A DNA stretch of 64,000 nt from the IMG/VR virus record IMGVR_UViG_3300037400_004242; one strand, 5' to 3'. Below, piece after piece: positions 31,727-41,406 of the stretch. Under the pieces are notes generated by a model. That model had not been told where the DNA came from. It saw nothing but the letters and a program-made list of their open reading frames with translations, and searched no databases. This stretch comes from a virus (taxonomy: Duplodnaviria; Caudoviricetes). The position numbers were made by a program, and so were the translations under genes. The stretch's first letter is position 1. Every line of letters starts with the position of its first letter.

Positions 31727-32503
31727 TTGCCAATGTTGTTATCAAAGGAAGAACAAGAATTAGAAGTAAAGAAGAATCGTAGGAGATTTGTACAAACATG
31801 TAAAAAATGTGGTGGTACTGGTTTTCTTACGAGAATGAACAATGGATATGAGGAATCATATCCATGTTCTTGTCTTAAAGTGGTAAAACGTAACGTTAAA
31901 TTGTTAGATTGGGGAGTACCAAGAAAATTTTTGAATGATAAATGGAACATGGATTTTTTAAAAGAAAAACCATATTATCAAGACATTAAAAACTATATTG
32001 ATAACTTCCAAGAAAATTATGATAATGGGAAAGGATTGTTTTTGTATGGTCCTCAAGGACGAGGAAAAACGACAGTAGAAAGTATTATCGCAAAAGAAGT
32101 TGTCATGATGGTAAATCCTGATACTTTTTCAAAGAAACAAACTTTTAATGTTGCTTTTGCGATGTATGATGATATTGTTAAAAAACAATTTGATAAAGAA
32201 CAAAGTCAATTAAAATATTTCCTTTATAAGTCAGATTTGTTAATTATTGATAATGTAGGAAATGAAACAGGGAAAAATGAGAAACAATTCTCTCAAAGAA
32301 TCTTAGAAATGATTCTTAGAAAAAGAGATAATGATTGTTTACCTACGATTTTGTCATCAAATTATAATATTGATGAAATGGCAACAGAATATAATAATGA
32401 TGTACGTGATTTCATTCTTCAAAATGATAAGCTCGTAAGTGTATTGGGAGATAATCATAGAATCGAGAATTGTCATGAAGAATATGATGATACCGATTTT
32501 TAA
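31727..32503 (+). CDS. DnaC/DnaI/IstB-like AAA+ helicase loader
   Basis: CxxC..CxC zinc motif, GPQGRGKT, LLIIDNVG and LPTILSSN. Confidence 0.85.
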   Translation: MPMLLSKEEQELEVKKNRRRFVQTCKKCGGTGFLTRMNNGYEESYPCSCLKVVKRNVKLLDWGVPRKFLNDKWNMDFLKEKPYYQDIKNYIDNFQENYDNGKGLFLYGPQGRGKTTVESIIAKEVVMMVNPDTFSKKQTFNVAFAMYDDIVKKQFDKEQSQLKYFLYKSDLLIIDNVGNETGKNEKQFSQRILEMILRKRDNDCLPTILSSNYNIDEMATEYNNDVRDFILQNDKLVSVLGDNHRIENCHEEYDDTDF

Positions 32504-32515
32504 GGAGGAATTTTC

Positions 32516-33874
32516 GTGTCTGAACGTACATCAGAATTAGAAAAGAAATTTTTAGCATATTTATTGTCAAATAAATCTTATATCGCTAAGTCTATTGCTC
32601 GTATGCATAAGCAATATTTTGAAACCATTGGTAAGATTTATCAAATGGTAATTGGATATTATAATAAATATCATGGAATCATTACAGATGACATGATAGA
32701 TATTAAATGCAAACAGATGAATACGGATGAAAATACGTTCATCCAAATTAAAACTATTATTAATGAATGTAGAAACGATTTTATTGATGAAACAGAAGGG
32801 GAATTTGAAGCAATTGAAGATGCGATTATAGGGCAATATAAACGTCGTAGGCTTTTAAAAGTTGCTTCAAAAATTGTTGGTGGTTCTATTCCTGATTCAT
32901 CAGATGAACAATTTCAAGAAGTATTTTCTAATGTTCAAAAACTTCTTGTAGATATTGAAAGCACAGATTTTGATGTTGAAAAAGAAGGAACCGTAGAAGA
33001 AGATGCAGATGAACGTTTAAAAGATTACATGCATATTAAGGAACATCCTGAAGATATTAATTTAATTAAAACAGGATTTAAACACATTGACGATGCTATT
33101 GTCGGTTGGGGTTTTGGTTCCGAAAATATTGTATGCGGTCGAAAAGGCGATGGTAAATCTACCATGCTTTTAAATTTGGGCTATTACCTTTGGAAACAAG
33201 GTAAAAATATACTGTTTTATTCATTAGAAATTGATAAAAAACAATATGAACGTCGTTGGGATGCAAGAGCGGCACTTGTTTCTAGTAAAGGATTAAAAAG
33301 CGGTCAATTATCTGATGAAGAAGAAAAAGTTTATAAAGAGTATGTAGAAAATTTAAAGCAAGAAAAAGATTTAATGGGAAATAAAGTAGGAAGCGTTTAT
33401 ATTGTGGATTGCCCTTCCAATGTAACACCTGCTTTTATTTCAGCAAAAACAGAAGAAATTGAACGTAAAAAAGATACTATCTATGATGTTGTTATCGTTG
33501 ATTATATGGGTATCATGAACGCTAATAGTCCTACAGGGGTTGTCAGAGACGATTTAGGCTCTATTGCACTAGACTTGAAGAGATTTGCTCGTGAACAAAA
33601 GAAAATCTTGTTTAGTGCTGTTCAGATGAATCGTAGTGGTAAAAAGGACTTGGAACAAAAGAACGGTCATGCAGATACAGATGCGATTGCAGGTTCAGAC
33701 CAAATAGCTGACCATGCTGATAATGTTTTTGTGATTCGTTCTCTAGATGAAGATACGGCATTAGTAGAATCATCAAAAACTCGTGATGGTAGTACATTTA
33801 GTTTTCATATTCAAAAGAAATATGATAAAATGCAAATGGTAGAGATTGATGATTCTGAATGGGATGCAATTTAA
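32516..33874 (+). CDS. dnaB: Replicative DnaB-family helicase
   Basis: TGFKHID, GRKGDGKST, YSLE, VIVDYM, QMNR and IADHADNV. Confidence 0.85.
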   Translation: MSERTSELEKKFLAYLLSNKSYIAKSIARMHKQYFETIGKIYQMVIGYYNKYHGIITDDMIDIKCKQMNTDENTFIQIKTIINECRNDFIDETEGEFEAIEDAIIGQYKRRRLLKVASKIVGGSIPDSSDEQFQEVFSNVQKLLVDIESTDFDVEKEGTVEEDADERLKDYMHIKEHPEDINLIKTGFKHIDDAIVGWGFGSENIVCGRKGDGKSTMLLNLGYYLWKQGKNILFYSLEIDKKQYERRWDARAALVSSKGLKSGQLSDEEEKVYKEYVENLKQEKDLMGNKVGSVYIVDCPSNVTPAFISAKTEEIERKKDTIYDVVIVDYMGIMNANSPTGVVRDDLGSIALDLKRFAREQKKILFSAVQMNRSGKKDLEQKNGHADTDAIAGSDQIADHADNVFVIRSLDEDTALVESSKTRDGSTFSFHIQKKYDKMQMVEIDDSEWDAI

Positions 33875-33924
33875 AAGAAAAAGGGGGATATTTAATATCT
33901 TCCTTTTTTCTATAGGTAAAAAAT

Positions 33925-34779
33925 ATGAGTATAGGAATTTATAAAATAGAGAATTTAGTAAATCACAAAGTATATATTGGACAAAGCATTAATATTGAAC
34001 GAAGAAAATATTCACATAAAAATGATTTAAAAAGAAATTGCCAACATAATAAATTAATGCAACAAGATTTTAATTTATATGGAATAGAAAATTTTTCTTT
34101 TGAAATATTAGAATTATGTGCGAAAAATAAATTAAATGAAAGAGAACAATTTTATATTCAAAAATATCAATCTGATATTCAAGGATATAATTATACAATA
34201 GGTGGTAAATACACAAAAGAAACTAAATTAATGGAAAAAAGTTTAAGATTATCTTCTTATAATTTGCATCAAGCGCATCTTATAAAATATGCATTATATA
34301 TGGATATGGATAGAGAAGAAATAAGTAAAATGTTTCATATTTCTATAAATGTGCTATATAATATTCATCATTATGTATGGTTTTATAAAATTAATTTAAA
34401 AATGAATTATTATATAATTCATAGAAATGAAATTTTGCTATCCATTAGGAATCATAAAATGAGAAAAATGTTTGCATGTGGATATGCTGTATATGATATT
34501 TTAAAGAAATATCATGTGACAATGATGCCTAAAATCTATGAAATAGACAAAAGAAATCGTGACAATAAATTAAAATTTCAAACAAAATTAATTAAAAATT
34601 ATAGTTTGTTTTTAAAGAAAAGATATACATTAAAACATATATCAAAAATATTAAAAATAAATTATAAAACTTTGTTAAAAATATTAAATCATAATTTTGT
34701 ATTAACACCAAAATATGTGAATTATGATATAAAAAATATAATACATGGAAGTGATAAACATGAGTATTGGAATTTATAA
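33925..34779 (+). CDS. GIY-YIG homing endonuclease
   Basis: GIYKIENLVNHKVYIGQS..R..H..HN..E..GYN. Confidence 0.85.
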   Translation: MSIGIYKIENLVNHKVYIGQSINIERRKYSHKNDLKRNCQHNKLMQQDFNLYGIENFSFEILELCAKNKLNEREQFYIQKYQSDIQGYNYTIGGKYTKETKLMEKSLRLSSYNLHQAHLIKYALYMDMDREEISKMFHISINVLYNIHHYVWFYKINLKMNYYIIHRNEILLSIRNHKMRKMFACGYAVYDILKKYHVTMMPKIYEIDKRNRDNKLKFQTKLIKNYSLFLKKRYTLKHISKILKINYKTLLKILNHNFVLTPKYVNYDIKNIIHGSDKHEYWNL

Positions 34780-35314
34780 AATTGAAAATTTAGTAAATCA
34801 TAAGGTATATATTGGACAAAGTAAAAATATAGAACGAAGATTTCGTGAACATAGATATGCTTTAAAACATCATAAACACCATAATCCATTATTGCAACAA
34901 GATTATAATGATGGACATAAATTTTCATATCAAATTGTAGAAATTTGTTGTGTTCATGAATTAAATGAAAAAGAAAAAATTTGGATAAGTTTTTATCGTT
35001 CTAATATTATCGGATATAATTATGATGATGGTGGAATAAACAATAAGAAATATAATGAACATTTTCAGTCATATTTTAAAAGTCATTCAAATAATCCTAG
35101 AAAGATTGCAAAAGCAAGAAGCAAATATGATGAAGGAACAATTCGTAAAGTAAAACTTGCGTTATATATGGATATGGACAAACATGCTATTGCAGAATTG
35201 TTCCATGTAGAGTATGATTATGTACATAGACTAACATATAGAACAATGCATTATGCGGAGAGAATCTTATCACAATTAAACGATTACATTAAAAAGGTAC
35301 GAAGATATGGATAA
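34760..35314 (+). CDS. GIY-YIG homing endonuclease, second tandem paralogue; start more likely 34760 than 34745
   Basis: The first 21 aa are identical to the upstream copy when started at ATG 34760. Confidence 0.85.
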   Translation: MSIGIYKIENLVNHKVYIGQSKNIERRFREHRYALKHHKHHNPLLQQDYNDGHKFSYQIVEICCVHELNEKEKIWISFYRSNIIGYNYDDGGINNKKYNEHFQSYFKSHSNNPRKIAKARSKYDEGTIRKVKLALYMDMDKHAIAELFHVEYDYVHRLTYRTMHYAERILSQLNDYIKKVRRYG

Positions 35315-35942
35315 AGATGAACTGAAATTTAAACGTGAATATTTAGATAGGAACATTGATGGAGTAGAATATATTCAGTCATTAATTAAAACAAAAAAAA
35401 CAGGAACAATTTATACAGCGATGTGTCCTTTTCATCATGAAAAAACACCTTCTTTACGCATATATCCAAGTGGGCATAAAAATTCTGATGGAGAACGACA
35501 AGACCATACTTCTTGGTTTTGTTTTGGATGTAAAAAAGGTGGAGACATTGTAAAGTTTGAAGAATTATATTACGATTTAGATAGTATAGAAGAAGCCTGT
35601 AATTCTTTATCTATGAAATTTCATTTAAATTTTACGGGAAATAAAGAATTAGAAGCATTACAGATGGAATTGAACAAAATACAAAAAAAAGATGAATCTG
35701 TAATGTCTTTACAAACTATTAACTTTATTTGCTCCATGACGTGTCGAAGATATTTGCATTGGATAATACAGACATATCCACAGTCTTTTGATAAAGAATA
35801 TGATTATATTCAAAGTATTTATAAGAAATTGGATGAACATTTATTGAAAGTAAATGCTTTACAAGCACAGAATTTTGTTAATTTGACACAAAATACAGTT
35901 AATAAGCGAAAAAAGTTGATAATTCAACAAAATTCTTGTTGA
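35307..35942 (+). CDS. Primase CHC2 zinc-binding domain protein without a TOPRIM domain
   Basis: CPFHHEKTPS..WFCFGCKKGGD; only 211 aa, with no EGxxD or DxD TOPRIM motifs. Confidence 0.8.
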   Translation: MDKDELKFKREYLDRNIDGVEYIQSLIKTKKTGTIYTAMCPFHHEKTPSLRIYPSGHKNSDGERQDHTSWFCFGCKKGGDIVKFEELYYDLDSIEEACNSLSMKFHLNFTGNKELEALQMELNKIQKKDESVMSLQTINFICSMTCRRYLHWIIQTYPQSFDKEYDYIQSIYKKLDEHLLKVNALQAQNFVNLTQNTVNKRKKLIIQQNSC

Positions 35943-35967
35943 CAAACTAAATATCTTGCGTTACAAT
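35939..35967 (+). promoter_or_regulatory. SigmaA-type promoter TTGACA-N17-TACAAT for the first HU gene
   Basis: Near-consensus hexamers with 17-bp spacing. Confidence 0.75.
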
Positions 35968-36002
35968 AAGCCTGTAAGTTAAAAACAATATTTCAAAAGG
36001 AG

Positions 36003-36293
36003 TTGTCAAGAATTATGACAAAGAACGACATTGTAGAAAAAATTATTGAGAGCGTTGATATTTCTAAGAAGGATGCAACGAACGTGGTAAAGGCAACGTT
36101 TGATGCAATTAGCGATGCTCTTGTAGCAGGTGAGAAGGTTGCAATCCCTGGTTTTGGTTCGTTTGAAGTTCGTGAACGTGCCGCACGTAAGGGTCGTAAT
36201 CCTCAGACGGGTGCTCAGATTGACATCCCTGCTTCTCGTGTCACGAAGTTCAAGGCAAGTCTTACGCTGAAGAATGCAGTTAAAAACGCATAA
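36003..36293 (+). CDS. hup: HU family DNA-binding protein (start TTG 36003 or ATG 36015)
   Basis: GFGSFEVRERAARKGRNPQTG. Confidence 0.95.
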   Translation: MSRIMTKNDIVEKIIESVDISKKDATNVVKATFDAISDALVAGEKVAIPGFGSFEVRERAARKGRNPQTGAQIDIPASRVTKFKASLTLKNAVKNA

Positions 36294-36311
36294 TTAATTG
36301 CATACGTAATG

Positions 36312-36344
36312 ATAGCTACTAGATTTCTCTAGTAGCTATTTTTT
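36312..36344 (+). terminator. Intrinsic terminator
   Basis: Stem ATAGCTACTAGA / TCTAGTAGCTAT followed by a T-run. Confidence 0.8.
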
Positions 36345-36380
36345 ATACGTAAAATTTTGTTTGATTTTTTCAAAAAACTG

Positions 36381-36409
36381 TTGACAAAATTGCATGGTTA
36401 GGCTATAAT
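36381..36409 (+). promoter_or_regulatory. Perfect sigmaA promoter TTGACA-N17-TATAAT
   Basis: Exact consensus upstream of 36457. Confidence 0.85.
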
Positions 36410-36456
36410 ATAACTAAAGATAAGAGATAAAGAGCTTTGAAACGGAGGAAAATAAA

Positions 36457-37239
36457 ATGTTAGGCATTTTGTTATTCATTATAGGTGCAATCATGGTATT
36501 CTTTGCACTTGTAGGAATCTTTAGTTACATTCTTGAAGCAGTTTTCGCAATCGTGTTTACGATTGTTCGTGCTATTTTTGATGGCGTATATCATTTGTTT
36601 AATCGTAACGTAATGATTAGTGATGATTATCGTAGACATATGGAGGAACAGAAAATTGCGAAAGAAACTGCGGAACGTGCAAAGAAAGAAGCACGTAAGG
36701 AAAAAGAATTGAAAGAAGCAAATGATAGATATATGTATTCCATCAAGCGTCGTGTAAATGATTTAAAGATGAAATATCCTCTTGCAGATAATACTCTTTT
36801 TGATGAATTTGTCACGGCATATACGACAAGAACGATTCAGGAAAGCAAAGATATTGCTGATATGATTCAGAAACAGCATGAGACACGTTTAAAAGAACGT
36901 TCATTTTATAACAAGAATACGAAATATACGGTTGATGAAGTTCTCTTCTTTAATAAAGTTGATGAACGAGTTTCCTATGATATGCATTGTACAATTTATA
37001 AAAATGGTGCAGATTATATTCTTCTTATTATCAATACATCTACGAACGAAAAGACGTTGTATGTATCTAAGAACCCATTGGTTACGAAGCGTATCATGAT
37101 TTCTGTAGTGAATGAACGCGATAAGCGTGAGAAGAAATTCATTATGGATAAGAGACGGAAAGATAATCGTATTATGACAGTTGGTGAAGTGAGTGACATC
37201 ATTTCCTATACAGTAAATGAGATTATGAATAAGAATTAA
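36457..37239 (+). CDS. Hypothetical membrane-anchored protein (N-terminal hydrophobic segment and coiled coil)
   Basis: About 40-aa hydrophobic N-terminus, SD GGAGG, and its own promoter and terminator. Confidence 0.65.
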   Translation: MLGILLFIIGAIMVFFALVGIFSYILEAVFAIVFTIVRAIFDGVYHLFNRNVMISDDYRRHMEEQKIAKETAERAKKEARKEKELKEANDRYMYSIKRRVNDLKMKYPLADNTLFDEFVTAYTTRTIQESKDIADMIQKQHETRLKERSFYNKNTKYTVDEVLFFNKVDERVSYDMHCTIYKNGADYILLIINTSTNEKTLYVSKNPLVTKRIMISVVNERDKREKKFIMDKRRKDNRIMTVGEVSDIISYTVNEIMNKN

Positions 37240-37245
37240 CGATAT

Positions 37246-37279
37246 TAGAGCAAATAAAACACTTTATTTGCTCTATTTT
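37246..37279 (+). terminator. Intrinsic terminator
   Basis: Stem TAGAGCAAATAAA / TTTATTTGCTCTA followed by T's. Confidence 0.7.
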
Positions 37280-37351
37280 GTTATTAGCATGAAATGGAAG
37301 TCGTTGTTAGAGTAGTAAATCTCAAATTTGAATTAATATAGGTGATTATAA

Positions 37352-37630
37352 ATGAAAAAGCATGAAGTTGCACGCGCTATTGTAGACCGTATGGATGGTT
37401 TAACACTTGCGCAAGTAGAAGATTGTATTGATACATTTTTTGATGTTCTTGCAGATGCATTAGCAGAAGGAGAATCCTATAATCAGAAGAACTTTGGTAC
37501 ATTTAAGCGTATTGACCGCGCACCTCGTAAAGGTCGCAATCCTCAAACACGCGAAATTGTAGATATTCCTGCTTCTAAGGCTTTAAAAGTCGTTGTTTCT
37601 AATGCTTTGAAAGAGAAATTAAATCATTGA
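37352..37630 (+). CDS. hup: Second HU/IHF family protein
   Basis: NFGTFKRIDRAPRKGRNPQT. Confidence 0.9.
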   Translation: MKKHEVARAIVDRMDGLTLAQVEDCIDTFFDVLADALAEGESYNQKNFGTFKRIDRAPRKGRNPQTREIVDIPASKALKVVVSNALKEKLNH

Positions 37631-37818
37631 AATAATAAATGGTGCTACTGAATGTAGTACCATTTTTGATTGCAAACAAAAAGCTGAATACCTAAGCACT
37701 ATATTTTTATGTAATTAATGAAAGAATTTTTATATAAAGAGAGGTGACAAAGGTAGGTGAAAATTTTAATTGTATAATTGTGTTGGAAAACATTTTGAGT
37801 TTTCTCCTACAAAGTATT

Positions 37819-38184
37819 ATGAATAGCTCAAAATATTTTGATGAAGAATCTCTATCATGTCCTCATTGTGGATGGCAACCTGATGAAGGTATTGATGATA
37901 GGTTATTAGATTTTTTAGATACTTTACAGGAACAAGTAGGTAGCCCATTAGAAATTGTAGATTGTGCTAGGTGTGAAGATTACAATGATTCTATAGGTGG
38001 GCATAAAAATAGTTATCATGTACAAGGAAAAGCGGTAGATGTTTTAGTTCCCGAAGATATGGTAATTGAAGAATTTGCAGACTTATGCTCTGATTGTGGA
38101 GCAGAAGGGATTGGTTTAAAGTATGATAAAAACGTTGTTCATGTGGATATGCGTGGATATAAACGAAGATATGAAGAAGAATAG
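37819..38184 (+). CDS. Peptidase M15 family zinc peptidase, acidic; likely start 37819
   Basis: KYF..E..CPHCG, RC..N..IGG..SYH..GKAVD and VHVD motifs. Confidence 0.8.
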   Translation: MNSSKYFDEESLSCPHCGWQPDEGIDDRLLDFLDTLQEQVGSPLEIVDCARCEDYNDSIGGHKNSYHVQGKAVDVLVPEDMVIEEFADLCSDCGAEGIGLKYDKNVVHVDMRGYKRRYEEE

Positions 38185-38273
38185 AAAAAAATAAGTCGTT
38201 ATTTTTACAATATACGTAAATATAACGACTTTTTTTATGATATTTTTTTTATGAAAAATAAAACAAAAGGAGA

Positions 38274-38615
38274 TTGTGTAATATGATAAAAACATATACT
38301 GAAGATGCAAAAGTTACAGATGATTGTAACGTATATTTTGATACGATTCCTGCAAGTACAAAATTTAAGATATATTTAGATTCAGGACGTGAATATCGTG
38401 GAAATTTTTTGACTTTTTTTGTGGATGAAACAGAAAAAGATGTACCAAATAGAGTAGATGCAGTTGGATTAATAGAAGATTTACAAGACCAATTTAAAAT
38501 TAATATTTTAAACGAATATGGTATGGAATATGATTTCGATACTAAGAAGAAATTATATATGTTTTTGCGCGGTGCAAAAAATACATTTCATATTCATGTT
38601 GATATAGAGGAATAA
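38274..38615 (+). CDS. Hypothetical protein
   Basis: ORF with SD AGGAG; no recognisable motif. Confidence 0.55.
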   Translation: MCNMIKTYTEDAKVTDDCNVYFDTIPASTKFKIYLDSGREYRGNFLTFFVDETEKDVPNRVDAVGLIEDLQDQFKINILNEYGMEYDFDTKKKLYMFLRGAKNTFHIHVDIEE

Positions 38616-38617
38616 TA

Positions 38618-39610
38618 ATGATTTTAAATCAATACATTGAAAAACATTGGAATCCTAGGAATAAAAAATATTTCATTGAAAAAGGTTATTCTTTTACAAA
38701 AATGTATGATGTTGTTCTTATAAATATAAAAGATTTATCTGATAAAGATAAAGTAAAAGTAAAATGTAATTGTAATTCTTGCGGGAAAGAATTTCAGGTA
38801 GCATATCATATTGCTTTAAAAGATTGTAGATGTCAAGAATGTAAAAAGAAAGAAACATATTTAAAGCATTATGGAGCGACACATAATATGAAAAGTAAAG
38901 ATGGGAAAAAAGAATATCAAAAATCTATTCAGGAAAAGTATCATGTAAATAATGTATTTGAATTAGAATCTATACAACAAAAAATTAAAAATACATGTTT
39001 GAAAAAATATGGTGTAGAACATCCATTACAGAATAAAAACATATTAAAAAAAGAACAACAAACAAATTTGAAGAAATATCATGTATTAGCTCCAACACAA
39101 AACAAAGAAATATTGCAAAAATCCATAAATACATTAATGAAAAATTATCATGTAGATTCTCCATTGAAAAATAAAGAAATTTTAAAGAAACAACGTCAGA
39201 ATATGAATAATATTTCTAAATATCAAAAGAGAATTTGTACATGGTTAAATGGGATATTAAATTATAGAATCTCTAAATATTGTTTAGATATAGCATTAAT
39301 AAAAGAAAAAATAGATGTTGAATATGATGGCGGTGGACATGATTTAGAAGTTATAATGAAACGTATATCAAAAGAAAATTTTGTTCAAAAAGAGCAAAAA
39401 AGAAATAAATTTTTAATTTCTCGTGGGTGGAAAATTATACGTATCATTTCAAAAAAAGATAAATATATAAATAAAAATGAATTTCTGACAGTATTTAGTC
39501 ATTGTTTGAAGAAAAATTTTAAATTGATAAAAATTTTCATTGATACAAAAATATTAGATATTGATGGAAATGTTGCAGACATCAAAGATTTCGTGTATAA
39601 TAATGACTAA
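38618..39610 (+). CDS. Homing-type endonuclease of the same YGV-repeat/EYDGGGH family as 21752
   Basis: Two CxxC pairs, KY(G/H)V repeats, LDIA..DVEYDGGGH and GWKIIRI. Confidence 0.7.
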   Translation: MILNQYIEKHWNPRNKKYFIEKGYSFTKMYDVVLINIKDLSDKDKVKVKCNCNSCGKEFQVAYHIALKDCRCQECKKKETYLKHYGATHNMKSKDGKKEYQKSIQEKYHVNNVFELESIQQKIKNTCLKKYGVEHPLQNKNILKKEQQTNLKKYHVLAPTQNKEILQKSINTLMKNYHVDSPLKNKEILKKQRQNMNNISKYQKRICTWLNGILNYRISKYCLDIALIKEKIDVEYDGGGHDLEVIMKRISKENFVQKEQKRNKFLISRGWKIIRIISKKDKYINKNEFLTVFSHCLKKNFKLIKIFIDTKILDIDGNVADIKDFVYNND

Positions 39611-39632
39611 AAAGAGGAAGGAGAAAAATTTT

Positions 39633-40346
39633 ATGTCAGAAAAAAGTTTGAAAGTAGATAATACGTATGGCGTAGAACAAATTCACATGCTAAAAGGGTT
39701 AGAAGCAGTACGTAAACGTCCTGGTATGTATATAGGTTCTACGTCACAGTCAGGTATTGACCAGCTTGTATATGAAATTATTGATAATTCTATTGATGAA
39801 TTTGTAGCAGGTTGGGGTAAAGAAATAGATGTCCATGTATATAAGGATTGTTCAGTAGAAGTTATAGACCACGGTAGAGGTATTCCTGTTGGAAAAAGTG
39901 ATACTTTTAAGGATGAAGATGGGAATCCGATTGATACATTAACAGGTATTCTTACAAATCTTCATGCAGGAGGAAAGTTTACATCAGAAGGGTACAAATG
40001 CTTTTCTTCTGATAGTAAAGTAAAAACATCGGAAGGTCTTAAAAAGATTGAAGATGTTAAACCAATTAAAGATTACGTATTCAATTCATACAATGAGTTA
40101 TCAAAGGTTGATAATAAATTTGGGTATGATTACAATGGCGATATTAATTGTATTGAACTTGAAAATGGGAAAAAGATAAAAGCAATTGATGGTCATTATC
40201 TTCTTGTGCGTACACAGGAAGGAAATTTAATTTGGAAAAAAATTGAAGATGTTACTGAAAATGAAAGTCTTGTTGAATTGGAAGATACAGATGATGTAGA
40301 AGTACTGAAGAAAACAATTCCTGTATATAACAAAAGGAAATATTAA
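39633..40346 (+). CDS. gyrB: GyrB N-extein (122 aa) fused to a split-intein N-fragment (115 aa, 39999-40343)
   Basis: GLEAVRKRPGMYIG, EIIDNSIDE, DHGRGIP, LHAGGKF..YK|CFSSDSKV. ATG 39633 follows SD AGGAG. Confidence 0.92.
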   Translation: MSEKSLKVDNTYGVEQIHMLKGLEAVRKRPGMYIGSTSQSGIDQLVYEIIDNSIDEFVAGWGKEIDVHVYKDCSVEVIDHGRGIPVGKSDTFKDEDGNPIDTLTGILTNLHAGGKFTSEGYKCFSSDSKVKTSEGLKKIEDVKPIKDYVFNSYNELSKVDNKFGYDYNGDINCIELENGKKIKAIDGHYLLVRTQEGNLIWKKIEDVTENESLVELEDTDDVEVLKKTIPVYNKRKY

Positions 40347-40347
40347 G

Positions 40348-41406
40348 GTGGTAATCTTGTCAATTAAACAAGTATTATTAAAAAATTCTAATGAATGGAT
40401 TGACTATGATGAATCTCAATTTGAATTTAAAAACATTAAATTAAAATGTTCCAAAAAGGAATCTTTGCACTTAATGTATAAAAATGTTCCTGTTGTAAGA
40501 GTACGATATTTTTGTGATGTATGTGGTATCGTTCGCGAATCTGATTGGGGAAAATATAAAAATCAACAATATTTAAAAAATAAATGTATGTGCCGTTTGT
40601 GTAGTATTCAAACAGAAGAAAACAAAAATAAAATTTCTGAAAGAACTAAACGAGCTATGCAAACGGATATTGTTAAAAAACATCATAGCGAAGCTCAAAA
40701 AAAGCGTTTTCAACGAAAAGAAGAAAGGTTAAAAAGCTCTATTCGTTCTAAAGAAATTATGTCTCGTGATGGAATGAAACAATTAGTACGTGAACGTACA
40801 AAACAAGCTATGGTTTCTATTCCAAAAGAAGAACTTGTTTCTACAAAAAATATGACACATGAACAAATTTTAGAGCATTATAAAAAAATTGGACAAAAAA
40901 TTCATGAAAACTATAATGAAGAAACTAAATTAAAGTGCCAAAAATCTACACAAGAACATTTTTTTAACAACATTAAAGCACAAAATAAAGCAATTAATGG
41001 GTTTAGGAATGGACAATTAAAAAAAATATCTGCACCACAAAAAATGGTATCTGATTTTTTAAAGTCGTATAAAGATTTTGATGTCATAGAAGAATTTCCT
41101 ATAAATGTATGGGATGATATAGAATATGATAAAAAATTCTTATTATGCGATATATATATTCAAAATTTAAATGTTGTAATTGAAGTTATGGGAGATTATT
41201 GGCATAAATATTTTTTAGATAAATTAAATGGAATAACAACAAAAAAAGATAATGATAATTTGTTGAAAAATTACAGAAACGACTTGATAAAAGATAAAAT
41301 TTATAAATCAAAGAAAATTAATGTTATCTATTTTCAAGAAGAAGAACTTAAACAAGAGAATTGGAGAGAAATGCTAATCAAGAAAATTAAGGAGTATGTG
41401 AAATGA
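40348..41406 (+). CDS. Free-standing Vsr-like/PD-(D/E)XK endonuclease between the gyrB halves (start possibly TTG 40357)
   Basis: Two CxxC pairs, NUMOD3-like helical repeats, and EEFP..CDIYI..VIEVMGDYWH. Confidence 0.75.
   Translation: MVILSIKQVLLKNSNEWIDYDESQFEFKNIKLKCSKKESLHLMYKNVPVVRVRYFCDVCGIVRESDWGKYKNQQYLKNKCMCRLCSIQTEENKNKISERTKRAMQTDIVKKHHSEAQKKRFQRKEERLKSSIRSKEIMSRDGMKQLVRERTKQAMVSIPKEELVSTKNMTHEQILEHYKKIGQKIHENYNEETKLKCQKSTQEHFFNNIKAQNKAINGFRNGQLKKISAPQKMVSDFLKSYKDFDVIEEFPINVWDDIEYDKKFLLCDIYIQNLNVVIEVMGDYWHKYFLDKLNGITTKKDNDNLLKNYRNDLIKDKIYKSKKINVIYFQEEELKQENWREMLIKKIKEYVK

Noticed and set aside
39561-39632. Listed upstream start for the gyrB N-half
   Set aside because: It overlaps the previous gene. 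ATG 39633 has a strong SD and matches the GyrB N-terminus.
40346-41403. Group I intron interrupting gyrB
   Set aside because: The ORFs abut (1-nt gap and an ATGA overlap), leaving no room for a ribozyme core. Intein blocks on both sides explain the split.
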